Assembly: GCA_902475615.1 (NCBI GenBank)
Contig: CABSAD010000002.1
Span: forward strand, 110,287-174,286
DNA: 64,000 bases
Origin: an uncultured Collinsella sp.
Lineage (GTDB): Bacteria > Actinomycetota > Coriobacteriia > Coriobacteriales > Coriobacteriaceae
Reading direction: 5' to 3'
Every line of letters begins with the position of its first letter. Position 1 is the first letter of the stretch. The notes beneath the pieces were generated by a model. That model saw only the letters and a list, made by a program, of their open reading frames with translations, did no database searches and had not been told where the DNA came from. Below are positions 32,697 to 42,351 of this stretch, in pieces. Made by a program: the position numbers and the translations under genes.

Positions 32697-33380
32697 CTAC
32701 ACCTTCTCGCTTTTCGAGGCCTCGTCTGCAGGACCATCGGAATCGATACGGAATCGATCGGCATACCATTCATCCGAAGCAATCACCTTATGGAGCATCT
32801 GGAGATGCAGGTCGACATAGTGGCAGAACGCCTTGCCGCATTCCACGAGAGGCGCATTGTTTCTCTCGTTGGGCTCGGCTCCAAAATTAAACTCGACCTC
32901 ATAGCCCTCCCCAGGCACACCCATGCTCGGCAGAACATCAATGGAGAAGTGGACGAATCCAGACGTCACCTTGTATACATCTTTTACCTTTGGATCGAAC
33001 TTCTCGAGTAAGTCTTGAAGTCTTCCATCGGACATCTTCTCACCCGAGAAATCTTTCAGCTTGTTCACAGGCACACCTTGAAACACCTGCTTGAGAAAGT
33101 CATCCTGGTCTTCGGCGGCGAATAATGCGAATGTCCGCAGGCAGACTCCAACCTGTGCGCGGAGAAGCTGGGCGACGCAAACAAGATTCCTCGACTCGAG
33201 CATGGAGATGAATCCGTCTATCAGTCTCATCGCATACTCAGAGGAGGATGCCAGATATAGATCCCATTGGGTAAAGTCGCCGTTCATGAAGGGAATCACT
33301 GCATTGCGCTCGGCGACTCTCAAGGCACTCAGGCTTTGTTCTATTTTCTCAGCTTCTTGTTTGAACTGTTCGCTATCCAA
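32697..33380 (-). CDS. hypothetical protein (low-GC orphan)
   Basis: 227-aa ORF in a stretch of about 48% GC. No recognisable motif. Confidence 0.45.
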   Translation of the reverse strand: MDSEQFKQEAEKIEQSLSALRVAERNAVIPFMNGDFTQWDLYLASSSEYAMRLIDGFISMLESRNLVCVAQLLRAQVGVCLRTFALFAAEDQDDFLKQVFQGVPVNKLKDFSGEKMSDGRLQDLLEKFDPKVKDVYKVTSGFVHFSIDVLPSMGVPGEGYEVEFNFGAEPNERNNAPLVECGKAFCHYVDLHLQMLHKVIASDEWYADRFRIDSDGPADEASKSEKV

Positions 33381-33792
33381 AATGCCCCCAAATGCCGGCT
33401 TCTCAACAAATCAAAAAAGCAGGAGAGACAGAGATTAGGTTCCTGCTCCACTGAATCCGCGCTTCCAGTCGAGACACTCCTCCTCGAAGATCTCCCCAGA
33501 GTCCCGTCTCTCGCGCCCCTCACGGAACTGTCCATATCAGTGTAGCCAATCCAAGCACAGCCCCACCGCACGGCCCAGTCGCTTCCGGTCCTGCGTGGCC
33601 CCATGAAGGCGGAAGGGCGTGGTTGTCGTCATCGCGTTCCTTTCTCCTCATACCTTTTGGGCATGCGTCACGGGCCCCCGCGCGGCGCCGAGAGCGAATC
33701 GGCGCAGGCTTGGGGCCAGTTGCGTAGAGGTTGAGGTTCGGGTTTCGCCGGCTTACGCAGCTTGGCGGGCAGAGCGCCCGGGCTCGCTGCGC

Positions 33793-34056
33793 CTAGGGCG
33801 CGGCGGGATCCGCGACGCCGGAGGTGTCGATCTCGCCCAGATTGGCGAGCTGCTCGATGAGGGGGAGGCCCATCGGGTCGTCCACCTCGACGCCGCCGAG
33901 CACGATGGTGCTGTCGCGCGTGTCGATATGGGTTGTGAACACGGCCGGGTCGAAGCCCGAAGCGATAAAGCCAATGCCCGCGAGGACAACACCCGCGGCA
34001 ACGAGCCCGCCCGCCACGGCGAGGTAGATCTTCTTCGCGCTGGTCATGGTACTCAC
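33793..34056 (-). pseudogene. truncated DUF4097-like membrane-anchored protein (third gene of the PadR-DUF1700 module)
   Basis: 87 aa with an N-terminal TM helix, ending at a stop where homologues continue for about 200 more residues. It adjoins the low-GC fragment island. Confidence 0.4.
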
Positions 34057-34062
34057 TCCTTT

Positions 34063-34686
34063 CTACGCCGCGAGATGCGCGGCAGCGCCGCCCTTCTCGC
34101 CCTTGCCCTTCCAGAAGGGCGAGGCGGCCTTCCTCGCCCAGAGCGCCGAAAGGCGCGCAATTTGTTTTGAGGCGGCCCAAGCGCCAGCACCAACGAAGAG
34201 CGCCACGCCGACGAGGCCGAGCCCCACGCCCGCCGAGGCGAGGGCGTACGGGAAGTGGCCGATGGTGACGCCGCTTACGGCAAGCAGGAGCTCAACTACG
34301 CCCACGCCCCCGAGTGCCGCCGCGACGATCCACACGCAGAGTGCCAGCAGCCAGATGCAGATATAGACCGTGACGGCCACGGCGGCGAAGGCGGCGAGCA
34401 GCGGCACCCACACCGGGGAGCCCACGATGGTCAGCACCCACAGCAGCGTGGTGCTGCGCCGGCGCGTCCTCGCGATCGCGCGCGGCACGGCGGGCAGGTC
34501 GTCGAGCGTGGCCTCCGCCACCTCGCCGGGTGTGCCCATGGCGGCCACGGCCTCCTCCTCGCTCATACCGTCCTCCATGCGGTCAGCGATGGCCTCCGCA
34601 TAGAACGCCTTGGTCTCCTCCACCTGCTCGGCCGGCAGGCAGGCGAGCAGCTCGCCCAACCGGCCCAGAAACTCATCGCGCGTCAT
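34063..34686 (-). CDS. DUF1700 domain-containing membrane protein
   Basis: N-terminus MTRDEFLGRLGELLACLPAEQVEETKAFYAEAIADRMEDGMSEEEAV is typical of DUF1700. C-terminal TM helices. Confidence 0.75.
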   Translation of the reverse strand: MTRDEFLGRLGELLACLPAEQVEETKAFYAEAIADRMEDGMSEEEAVAAMGTPGEVAEATLDDLPAVPRAIARTRRRSTTLLWVLTIVGSPVWVPLLAAFAAVAVTVYICIWLLALCVWIVAAALGGVGVVELLLAVSGVTIGHFPYALASAGVGLGLVGVALFVGAGAWAASKQIARLSALWARKAASPFWKGKGEKGGAAAHLAA

Positions 34687-34993
34687 GGTGCGCCCCCTCA
34701 ACGTATGCGTAAATCTCCCGTACGGACGGCCACTCGGCCAGGAACTCCTCGATGCGTGCTCGCCCGTCGTCCGTGATGCGGTAGTACCGGCGCAGCCGCC
34801 CGTTGTGCTCGGCGGAGCGCGCCGTGATGCACCCGGCTTTCTCCAGGCGCTTGAGCAGCGGGTAGAGCGTCGACTCCGTGAGCCCCATGCTCGCCGGTAC
34901 GTCCTTCACGATCTGGTAGCCGTAGGACTCCTCGCCGGAGACGGCCGCGAGCACGCAGGCCTCCAGGAAGCCGCGCTTCATCTGTGCCTCCAT
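34673..34993 (-). CDS. PadR family transcriptional regulator
   Basis: Winged HTH (GYQIVKDVPASMGLTESTLYPLLKRLEKAG). It is upstream of the DUF1700 gene. Confidence 0.85.
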   Translation of the reverse strand: MEAQMKRGFLEACVLAAVSGEESYGYQIVKDVPASMGLTESTLYPLLKRLEKAGCITARSAEHNGRLRRYYRITDDGRARIEEFLAEWPSVREIYAYVEGAHHDAR

Positions 34994-35650
34994 CCGCACA
35001 CCTCCTCTCGTCATATACTATGCTATACACACTATACGATGCAAGGTATTAGACGTCAACTCTCATCGCGAAGATTCTCCGGCCCCTGCGCGCTGCGAAC
35101 GTGATGTCGCGGGGCGGTTGGCATTATGCATGAAACGTCAAGTAACGCTCTTTTGATCCACTTCCACTCGGCCCCATTCGCCTTGTACAACGCCCCCTTT
35201 CAACCTTGGGTTCAAGAGAGCCGCTAGGCTGGACGTGCCGGACGGTAAAGTCCTGGACGCCATGGTGAACTTCTCCGATGCCATGGGGGTCATGGGTCTA
35301 CGCCGATGGAGTCCCACGTACGCGGCAGGGCTCGCCCGTCACCGCTGGTCGCCGGACGGTCCCCACGCCCCGCTCGCCAACGCGCAGGCGACAGCAGCAG
35401 TCCAGCGCTGGCTGGAGACGCCGGAATGCCCAGAAGATGCGTTTCCCATCGCTGCGGCAGAGCTTTTTGCAGGGGTGGCAGTTTTTCTATATCCCAAGGT
35501 CAGATAGGCTTCGGTAGCCACCTTGGAAGCATCGCCAATAGACTCTTCCTTTATACGTTCGGCATAATCGTAGGCGATACCCACAAATTCCAGTCCCGAG
35601 CAACAGGAGTACAATTGCTGCAATTGTTGCCAGCTGTTGGGAGATGGAAG

Positions 35651-36655
35651 ATGGACTGCGATGGCTACCCGCGCATTCCCATGCCGTTGATGTGCACCGC
35701 CTTTGTGCCGGGGCAGATTGACGCTGCGGTTGCAGGCATTTCCGACCCCGATTCACGCACCATCGCCACGGCAGAAGCGCTGTACTTTCGCGGACAGGCC
35801 ACGCTCGCTGCCAAGACGGCGCGCCCCTATCTTGACGCCACCGATCCCGCACTGCGCTATTCCGCATGCCTTATCTGCGGATATGCCAGTCTGTCGCTCA
35901 ACCGTATCGCCGACGCCCGCCGGTGCCTTGCTGGCATCCTCGATACGCCAACTGACGAGGAATCGCCCGCCGTCCACGCCACGCATATCCTGTTCGCCTC
36001 GGCCGCGAGTGTCCTGCTGCACTTGCCTTCCCCGTATTCTGCTGAAGAGTTTTATCCACTTGCGGCGCATCTGCCCGAAGGCCTGCGCCTATTCGCCAGC
36101 TACGTGATGGCGCACGCCTTGTACCTGCGCGGCGATTACGGCCGCAGCCTGGGCATGGCGGAAAACGCCCTGATTATGAAACAGGGAAGCTATCCCATCT
36201 CGGAGCTGTTCCTGCACCTGGCAGCTTCCATGGCATGCATGAGCCTCAAGGACATCGACGCCGCAAAAACGCACTTCGGAGCTGCTTGGAACGTTGCGCG
36301 CCCCGACGGCCTTGTCGAACTTATCGGCGAGCACCACGGCCTTTTGCAGGGGCTTATCGAGGCGTGTCTAAAAACGCAATACCCTGACGACTTCGCACGC
36401 ATCATCGAGATTACGTATCGATTCAGCTACGGCTGGCGGCGCATCCACAACCCCGATTCGGGCGAGGACGTGGCCGACGATCTAACGACCACGGAATTCA
36501 CCATGGCCATGCTCGCCTGTCGCGGGTGGACCAACGCCGAAATCGCACGCCATATGGGAGTATCGCCGGGCACCGTCAAAAACCGCCTATCAGGAGTGTA
36601 TGCCAAGCTTGGTATCGGAACTCGCGCCGAGCTGGTTGCCCACATGTTGCGCTAG
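35651..36655 (+). CDS. LuxR family transcriptional regulator with a large N-terminal domain
   Basis: C-terminal GerE/LuxR HTH (EFTMAMLACRGWTNAEIARHMGVSPGTVKNRLSGVYAKLGIGTRAEL). The ORF opens at 35306, and the start is uncertain. Confidence 0.7.
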   Translation: MDCDGYPRIPMPLMCTAFVPGQIDAAVAGISDPDSRTIATAEALYFRGQATLAAKTARPYLDATDPALRYSACLICGYASLSLNRIADARRCLAGILDTPTDEESPAVHATHILFASAASVLLHLPSPYSAEEFYPLAAHLPEGLRLFASYVMAHALYLRGDYGRSLGMAENALIMKQGSYPISELFLHLAASMACMSLKDIDAAKTHFGAAWNVARPDGLVELIGEHHGLLQGLIEACLKTQYPDDFARIIEITYRFSYGWRRIHNPDSGEDVADDLTTTEFTMAMLACRGWTNAEIARHMGVSPGTVKNRLSGVYAKLGIGTRAELVAHMLR

Positions 36656-36813
36656 CGGCCAGACTGCCCGGCGTATCGAAAGCACTCCGGGGGCCTAGCG
36701 CTTTCGCGCGCTCAAATTGGACATTTTGACCCTCGAACGGCACTACCGCCACGGGGCACCTTCTCGCAAAAATTGGATTATTTCCACCGAAATTTGCGGG
36801 ATGGGAGCCCAAA

Positions 36814-39800
36814 ATGCTTGATCGCCGTTCGCTACTTATCGCCGGAACATCCTCGCTAGCGAGCATTATGTTGCCTCGCGTGCCGGGAAGCGAAAATGCC
36901 TTCCTGCTGCCGTTCGCGCCCACCGCGGCCTATGCCGACGAAGAAGACCCCTTCAAGGTCCTGGTGCTCTCGCGCACCATGTTTGGTGTGGTTGTGATCG
37001 ACGTCGCCAACAAGAATATGCCCATCAAGGGAGCCCAGGTCACGCTCGCGTCGCGTTATGCCGCGGGCAAGCAGCTCTCCGCCACTACCGACGACGAGGG
37101 CACGGCCATCTTTGAGGTCGCGCCTCTTTCGGAAGGCTACGTGGACGAGGCAACGCTTCTCGACGCGTACGACTTTAACGGCGGCATCTCCATTAGCATG
37201 GCGGGCTACCGTGATGTCGAGATTCCCCTTGCGCGTATCCAGGGCGGCACCGCCATAACCGCGCCCACGCGTCCGCTTTCCGACGGCGAGCCGTACTTCC
37301 GCCAGCTCACATTCGACGAATGGGACATCCAGTACGCTGAAGCCACGTTCATGACATTGCCGAAGGACGACACGGCAAACGAGCAGCCCGATACGCACGC
37401 CTTTACCGTGCAGGCACATCTGCCACAGGGTGGACAGGCAACGCTGCGCATCAACAAAGTGACGCCTGCCGCGGGCAGCTCACCCGAAACCTTCACGCAG
37501 ATTGGCCAAGTCAAGGCCAGCGCATCGGGTGCGGATAATCTGGCGACGTTCTCGCTCGAGGACAAGTTCCTCGATGCGGCGTCGGGCATTCTGGAAGAAG
37601 GATGCAAACTGCGCTTTGTGCTCGACTACCAAGGTAAAACCTACACGCTCTCGTCCCCCATGGGCGTTGCCACCGCACCGGCTTCCAAGGCGGAATCGGG
37701 CTCGACCACTATCGTCCCCACTACCATGGACCAAGAGATCACTCCGTTTGATTTCCCCGCATCGTTTCCCGGCATCGGTGGTAATAAGTTCACGTGTTGG
37801 ATGCCCACATTTCCGATCCTTTTCGATTTCTCGTTTGCTGGATACGTGCTGTTTGGCGGAGGATACAAACCAGCCAGCTATATGAACGATTCGGGCAATC
37901 CGGATCCGGAGTATTGGAAGAAGTCACCGCGCGAGTCGGGTGCCAAGCAGGCAAACCGCTACCTCGACGAAATGGAGGGGAAGTGGAACCAGTACAAGAG
38001 CATGAGTGCCGGTTCGGGCACCGATCCAAGAAACACCAAGCTCCTTCGCCACCATTGCACGCTGCTGTTCACGATGGATATCGCAACACAGGTGTACGGT
38101 TCGCTCGCCTACGATTGGGTGGGCAAAACCTGGGGCAACAACAACGACCCCGCATACGGCAATATTAAGGCCCTCTTCCAGGTAAGAACCGACCTCAATT
38201 GGACCGAGCAGTTTACCCTAGGACCGGTGCCGTTTTTCCTAAACGTCAACCCCTGGGTGCTGGCGAAGCTGGCGCTCGCCGTGGGTGCCCACACGCACGG
38301 CAGCGGCGCGGCGTTTTTCAAGAACATTTCGCTCGACTATTCCAACACGTCGGGCTCATTCACTATCCAGATCGGGCTTGCCGTCACCTTTGGCGCCGGC
38401 GTTGCAGGCGTCGCCTCGTCTGCCGTGCGTGGCGCCGCATCCCTCACCCTGTTCATTGGGTACGAGAAGGCGGACGGGCACCAGCTTCCGCGGCTGCGCG
38501 TGGGTGCAGACGTCGATGTCGATGTGATACTCCAGTTCGTAATGTTCAAGTGGACCACCAAGGCTTGGTCGGGGTCGTGGCCCACACTCCTCGATTCGTG
38601 GAATATGTCGGTGAACAATGGCGACCAGTATGTGCTCCATCGCTCTGAGCTCGCATTGGGTGGAGATACGCCTTACACGCTGGATGCCCGCTTCGGCATG
38701 CCCGGCAACATCGAGGCGGACGGCGTGCCGCAATTTATCGCATCGGCCACCATCGTCACCAACGCCGAGCTGCTCGCACGCGCTGAGGTTAAGGCCACTG
38801 CAAGGAATGTCGCGCCTACCGTACGCGATTGGGACCGGTCGGTCACGCGCATTGAGCTCGAGGCGGATGCAGAAAGCGACGACACGGGACAGATCGAGCA
38901 TTTCGTCCACGCACTGATAGAGAACGACGAAAACGCCGCGCCGATGTATGCGTACACCTATGTCAGGCAGGCGACGAACGCCGTTGCGGACCCCAACGCC
39001 AATTCTGCTGGTGTATCGGAGGACGAGCGTGGCGGAATCAAGCCCTCGAGCGACAACGTGCTGTTTACCGGCGTTCTCAGCGAAGCTCACATGAAGCTGG
39101 CGATTATCGCCGGCGTAGAATGCCTGTTCCGTATCGCCTCGGTGCGCTACGGCGACAATGGCCGCTCGCGTCTGGTGGTGCACACAAAGGCAAACGGCAC
39201 GTGGTCCGCTCCCACGCCCGTGGACTTTCCCCTTGGGTTTGGCGAGGGCGACGTGGAGCGCGACGGCATATACGATTACGACTTCGACGTGGTGGAATAT
39301 ACGGACGGAAGAGAAAACCAGGACGCCTACGTGTTGCTGGTCTCGGGCGAGCGCCCCAACGGCGACAACACCCTTTTCGATACGGCAAGCACAGCCGGCA
39401 TACTGTCCGTTGTGCGCCTGCGCATAAGTAATGACGAGATCCGCGTGGTGTCGCATACGTCATGGCGCAGCATCTCGCGCGGCCGCCTGCAAGAGGATGG
39501 CTACCATTGCCTGCAGTGCCCGCGTATCACGGTGGGCAAGACGCTCGTCGACGGGCGCTTGTCGGGTGCCTACCTCCACCGCCGCGGAACCACCGCAGAA
39601 AAGGCACTCGGCAGCGAGGCTGAGGTTGCGCTGGAGTGCTTTACCCTGTGGTCGGACGTTTCGGGCGACAGCCTGACGTTCCGCCAAGTTCTCCGCTTTC
39701 CGCAAGCACCGTCGAGTATCGAACTGGGCGAGCCCGAGGATATCAACGGCAAAATGGTGGTGCCCGTTGCGTACGAGACCGCAGACGGTTGCGGCTGCGC

Positions 39801-40029
39801 ATCGTACGCCGTGATCGGCCAGTCCATTGCGGGCTGGGGCGTTATGTCACCAGACGCCACGGTACCCCGTGCGGTGCCGTGGCCGCAGCACACGGGCTTT
39901 TTGGCCACCGTCAACGAGCAACTGCAGCATATTACTTGGACGCGAGGAGCATCGGCATTTGCAACGCAGCCCGTGGGTGCCGCAGGCTGTGGCCCGGCAT
40001 CGTTTAGCGTAAGCGACAACGGCAGGTGA
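36814..40029 (+). CDS. large Tat-signal secreted protein (N-terminal 1071 aa of a probable about 1455-aa surface protein)
   Basis: Twin-arginine signal MLDRRSLLIAG...AYA. No recognisable catalytic domain. It ends at a TGA that is in frame with the next ORF. Confidence 0.7.
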   Translation: MLDRRSLLIAGTSSLASIMLPRVPGSENAFLLPFAPTAAYADEEDPFKVLVLSRTMFGVVVIDVANKNMPIKGAQVTLASRYAAGKQLSATTDDEGTAIFEVAPLSEGYVDEATLLDAYDFNGGISISMAGYRDVEIPLARIQGGTAITAPTRPLSDGEPYFRQLTFDEWDIQYAEATFMTLPKDDTANEQPDTHAFTVQAHLPQGGQATLRINKVTPAAGSSPETFTQIGQVKASASGADNLATFSLEDKFLDAASGILEEGCKLRFVLDYQGKTYTLSSPMGVATAPASKAESGSTTIVPTTMDQEITPFDFPASFPGIGGNKFTCWMPTFPILFDFSFAGYVLFGGGYKPASYMNDSGNPDPEYWKKSPRESGAKQANRYLDEMEGKWNQYKSMSAGSGTDPRNTKLLRHHCTLLFTMDIATQVYGSLAYDWVGKTWGNNNDPAYGNIKALFQVRTDLNWTEQFTLGPVPFFLNVNPWVLAKLALAVGAHTHGSGAAFFKNISLDYSNTSGSFTIQIGLAVTFGAGVAGVASSAVRGAASLTLFIGYEKADGHQLPRLRVGADVDVDVILQFVMFKWTTKAWSGSWPTLLDSWNMSVNNGDQYVLHRSELALGGDTPYTLDARFGMPGNIEADGVPQFIASATIVTNAELLARAEVKATARNVAPTVRDWDRSVTRIELEADAESDDTGQIEHFVHALIENDENAAPMYAYTYVRQATNAVADPNANSAGVSEDERGGIKPSSDNVLFTGVLSEAHMKLAIIAGVECLFRIASVRYGDNGRSRLVVHTKANGTWSAPTPVDFPLGFGEGDVERDGIYDYDFDVVEYTDGRENQDAYVLLVSGERPNGDNTLFDTASTAGILSVVRLRISNDEIRVVSHTSWRSISRGRLQEDGYHCLQCPRITVGKTLVDGRLSGAYLHRRGTTAEKALGSEAEVALECFTLWSDVSGDSLTFRQVLRFPQAPSSIELGEPEDINGKMVVPVAYETADGCGCASYAVIGQSIAGWGVMSPDATVPRAVPWPQHTGFLATVNEQLQHITWTRGASAFATQPVGAAGCGPASFSVSDNGR

Positions 40030-40059
40030 GCGCTCTATGTAGAGAACACCGATGGCAAG

Positions 40060-41181
40060 GTGGGACAAACCTACGACGAAGAAGGCAACCCGGTGGCAGT
40101 GATGGGCAAGCACTTCCGCATCTTCGCCAGCACCTTGGCAGGCGATCTGTTCACGGAGCCGTTCGTGATGTGCGAGCTGAACCATCCCGTCGATCAGATA
40201 ACGACATTTTTGACGTCGGGGGGCATGCTCTCCGCGCTCGCCACGCACATTGTGAGCGCGGAGAAGAGCGAGGCAGAGCTGCACGGCATCGAAGTGCCCT
40301 TGGTGGCGTGTGCCACTCCGACGGGCGCGGTCGCTACCTCAGGCGCGGTGGTGCCCGGAGCAGCAGGCGAATCCTTCATGGTCACGGTGCGAAACGACGG
40401 CAACACCTTGCTGACCGCCGGCACGATCGATCTGTACCGAGAGGGCTCCAGCCAGCCGTTCTCCAGCGCATCCATCGGGTTCGGCGCGAACGCACGCATG
40501 GCTTCGATCTTTGATCCAGAGCTTGCCGAGGACGCTTCGGACAACGATATGGCACGCGTGAAATACGCGCTCGAGACGCTGGGCGCGCGTTTTGCAACGC
40601 ACCCGCTGGTAGCCGACAACGGCAACGCCGTGCTGGCACCGGGTTGCACGGCACAGTTCCGCATGAGCTTCGCCATCCCCGAGAGTTGGGGCGACGAAGT
40701 GGGCAAACGCGTCACGCTGTATGCGAAGGCGCGTGACCTGGTAGCGCTCGATCCCGTAACGCTTGAGGAAATTCGACCGGGCGCGAACTCGGCGCTGGGT
40801 GCCGTACTGCATGAGCTTCATGTGCCTGACGCGGCATGCGAGCGCTCAGAAGTTCAGGTCGGCATATGCGACAGCGCGGATACGACAGGACTTCACGACG
40901 CCCCGATGACGGCGGACGGCGATGGTGGCTCGAGTGGCGGCGGTACTGACAAGGGCGGCGGCTCCGGCGGAAGCAGCTCCGGCAGTGGCAAGGACCACGG
41001 CAATAGCAAGCGCTCCGGAAAAGCGGGCGCGCTTGCGGGCACGGGCGATGTCAACGCTCCCCTTACGGCAGCCGCTGCAGCACTCGCCGCGGCAGGCGCC
41101 GGCCTCGTCGCCTACAGCGCCCGCCGCACGGCGCTCGAAAAAGACACCGCCAAGGAGGTCAATTCGGATAGGCCTCGCTAG
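40060..41181 (+). CDS. C-terminal portion of the surface protein with a LAXTG sortase anchor
   Basis: Same frame as 36814..40029 (only one TGA separates them). It has no signal peptide of its own. The C-terminus has a Gly/Ser linker, LAGTG, a hydrophobic stretch and a basic tail, which is the class E sortase sorting signal. Confidence 0.7.
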   Translation: MGQTYDEEGNPVAVMGKHFRIFASTLAGDLFTEPFVMCELNHPVDQITTFLTSGGMLSALATHIVSAEKSEAELHGIEVPLVACATPTGAVATSGAVVPGAAGESFMVTVRNDGNTLLTAGTIDLYREGSSQPFSSASIGFGANARMASIFDPELAEDASDNDMARVKYALETLGARFATHPLVADNGNAVLAPGCTAQFRMSFAIPESWGDEVGKRVTLYAKARDLVALDPVTLEEIRPGANSALGAVLHELHVPDAACERSEVQVGICDSADTTGLHDAPMTADGDGGSSGGGTDKGGGSGGSSSGSGKDHGNSKRSGKAGALAGTGDVNAPLTAAAAALAAAGAGLVAYSARRTALEKDTAKEVNSDRPR

Positions 41182-41270
41182 CTCCTAGTTACTTTTGTGA
41201 GAGACGCCGACTCGGCTCATCGAACATCAAATGGGCTGGTTCTGGATACCCAGAGCCAGCCCATTTCGCA

Positions 41271-41855
41271 TTAGATATCGTCAGTGGAGTCGAGTTCTGC
41301 CTCGAGCTTGGCACGGCGTCTTTTCGCCGCGAAAAACGTTGCGCACAGGCCAGCAAACGTGGCCGCGAAAATCGTCGCACCGCAGAACACGCCCGTGGCC
41401 AGGTTCGCCAACCAAAAGACGCTTTCGAGTGGTACGATCTGCGCCTCAGCAATACAGCGCATTGCGGCAATAACAAGCGCGAACGCGGCGCCGCTAAGAC
41501 CGCTGAGAAGCAGGAAATATCCAACAGGAAGATGCTCGGTTTGCCCAAAACGATTGGTGTCGACATAGCCCTTCCGCGTTTGCAGTCCTGCGCAAATCAA
41601 CATCACGAGAACGAGCCACAAATACATGGCTACCTCGAACGGCGTTGCAAAGCCATGCGGCATTTCACTGGCGTCGCTGTGAACCCACGCGACCTGTCGA
41701 GCTATAAACTGGTAGAAAAAGATCATCAACATGCCAAACGAAAGCAGCACGAAACCAATCTTGTAGATCTTTGCGCTTTCCGCCTCCAGGCGCTCATCCT
41801 TTGGACCGGCATATTCACGCCACTTTTGCACGATTTTCAGATCTTCAAATTTCAT
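41271..41855 (-). CDS. hypothetical membrane protein
   Basis: 194 aa with 4 TM helices. Co-directional with and immediately downstream of an XRE regulator. Confidence 0.6.
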   Translation of the reverse strand: MKFEDLKIVQKWREYAGPKDERLEAESAKIYKIGFVLLSFGMLMIFFYQFIARQVAWVHSDASEMPHGFATPFEVAMYLWLVLVMLICAGLQTRKGYVDTNRFGQTEHLPVGYFLLLSGLSGAAFALVIAAMRCIAEAQIVPLESVFWLANLATGVFCGATIFAATFAGLCATFFAAKRRRAKLEAELDSTDDI

Positions 41856-41864
41856 AGTGAACTC

Positions 41865-42095
41865 CTAAAGAGCGTTAGAGTCGGCGTCGATTTCGTCTTC
41901 CCAAAACAAATCGTTCAACGTAACGCGCAGCGCTTTACAGATTGCCACGCACAAGTTGAGCGTAGGATTGTAGCCGCCCGCCTCAATCAGGCCGATGGTC
42001 TGGCGCGTAACGCCCACGGCTTGGGCTAAGTCGGCTTGCGAAAGGCCAGCCGCCGCGCGCGCCGCCTTCATGCAAAGGTTTTTCTTACCTGGCAT
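41865..42095 (-). CDS. XRE-family HTH transcriptional regulator
   Basis: HTH_3 region LSQADLAQAVGVTRQTIGLIEAGGYNPTLNLCVAICKAL. The ORF opens at 42155, but a start at MPGKK or MKAAR is likelier. Confidence 0.8.
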   Translation of the reverse strand: MPGKKNLCMKAARAAAGLSQADLAQAVGVTRQTIGLIEAGGYNPTLNLCVAICKALRVTLNDLFWEDEIDADSNAL

Positions 42096-42246
42096 AAAGT
42101 TCCTTTCGTGGTAATGGACAAATATCCGTTGCAACATGACAGAAATATATTGCATCCATCAGGCAATGTCAACTATATCTGTCATTATGAAAACCATGTC
42201 CGACATCGCCATGCGGACATAGCAATTTCGATCCGCTATTCAAACT

Positions 42247-42350
42247 TACTCGGACAGAACCGACTCGGTTGTGTCCGAGTAAACTCGGGCATAAACTGAT
42301 CCATGCGATACAATTAACTCGGACAAAACCGAGTCGGAAGGAACCGAGTA
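42247..42350. promoter_or_regulatory. two about 35-bp copies of a palindromic element (tactcggacagaaccgactcggttgtgtccgagta; aactcggacaaaaccgagtcggaaggaaccgagta) in a divergent promoter region
   Basis: The first copy is a near-perfect 35-bp palindrome. The second overlaps the RBS of the GTG-start ATPase gene. Confidence 0.45.
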
Positions 42351-42351
42351 A

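Noticed and set aside
35306-35650. Upstream 115 codons of the LuxR ORF
   Set aside because: They run through the PadR promoter region with an Arg/Pro-rich, GC-artefact-like composition. A later start (about 35651) is more plausible but not proven.
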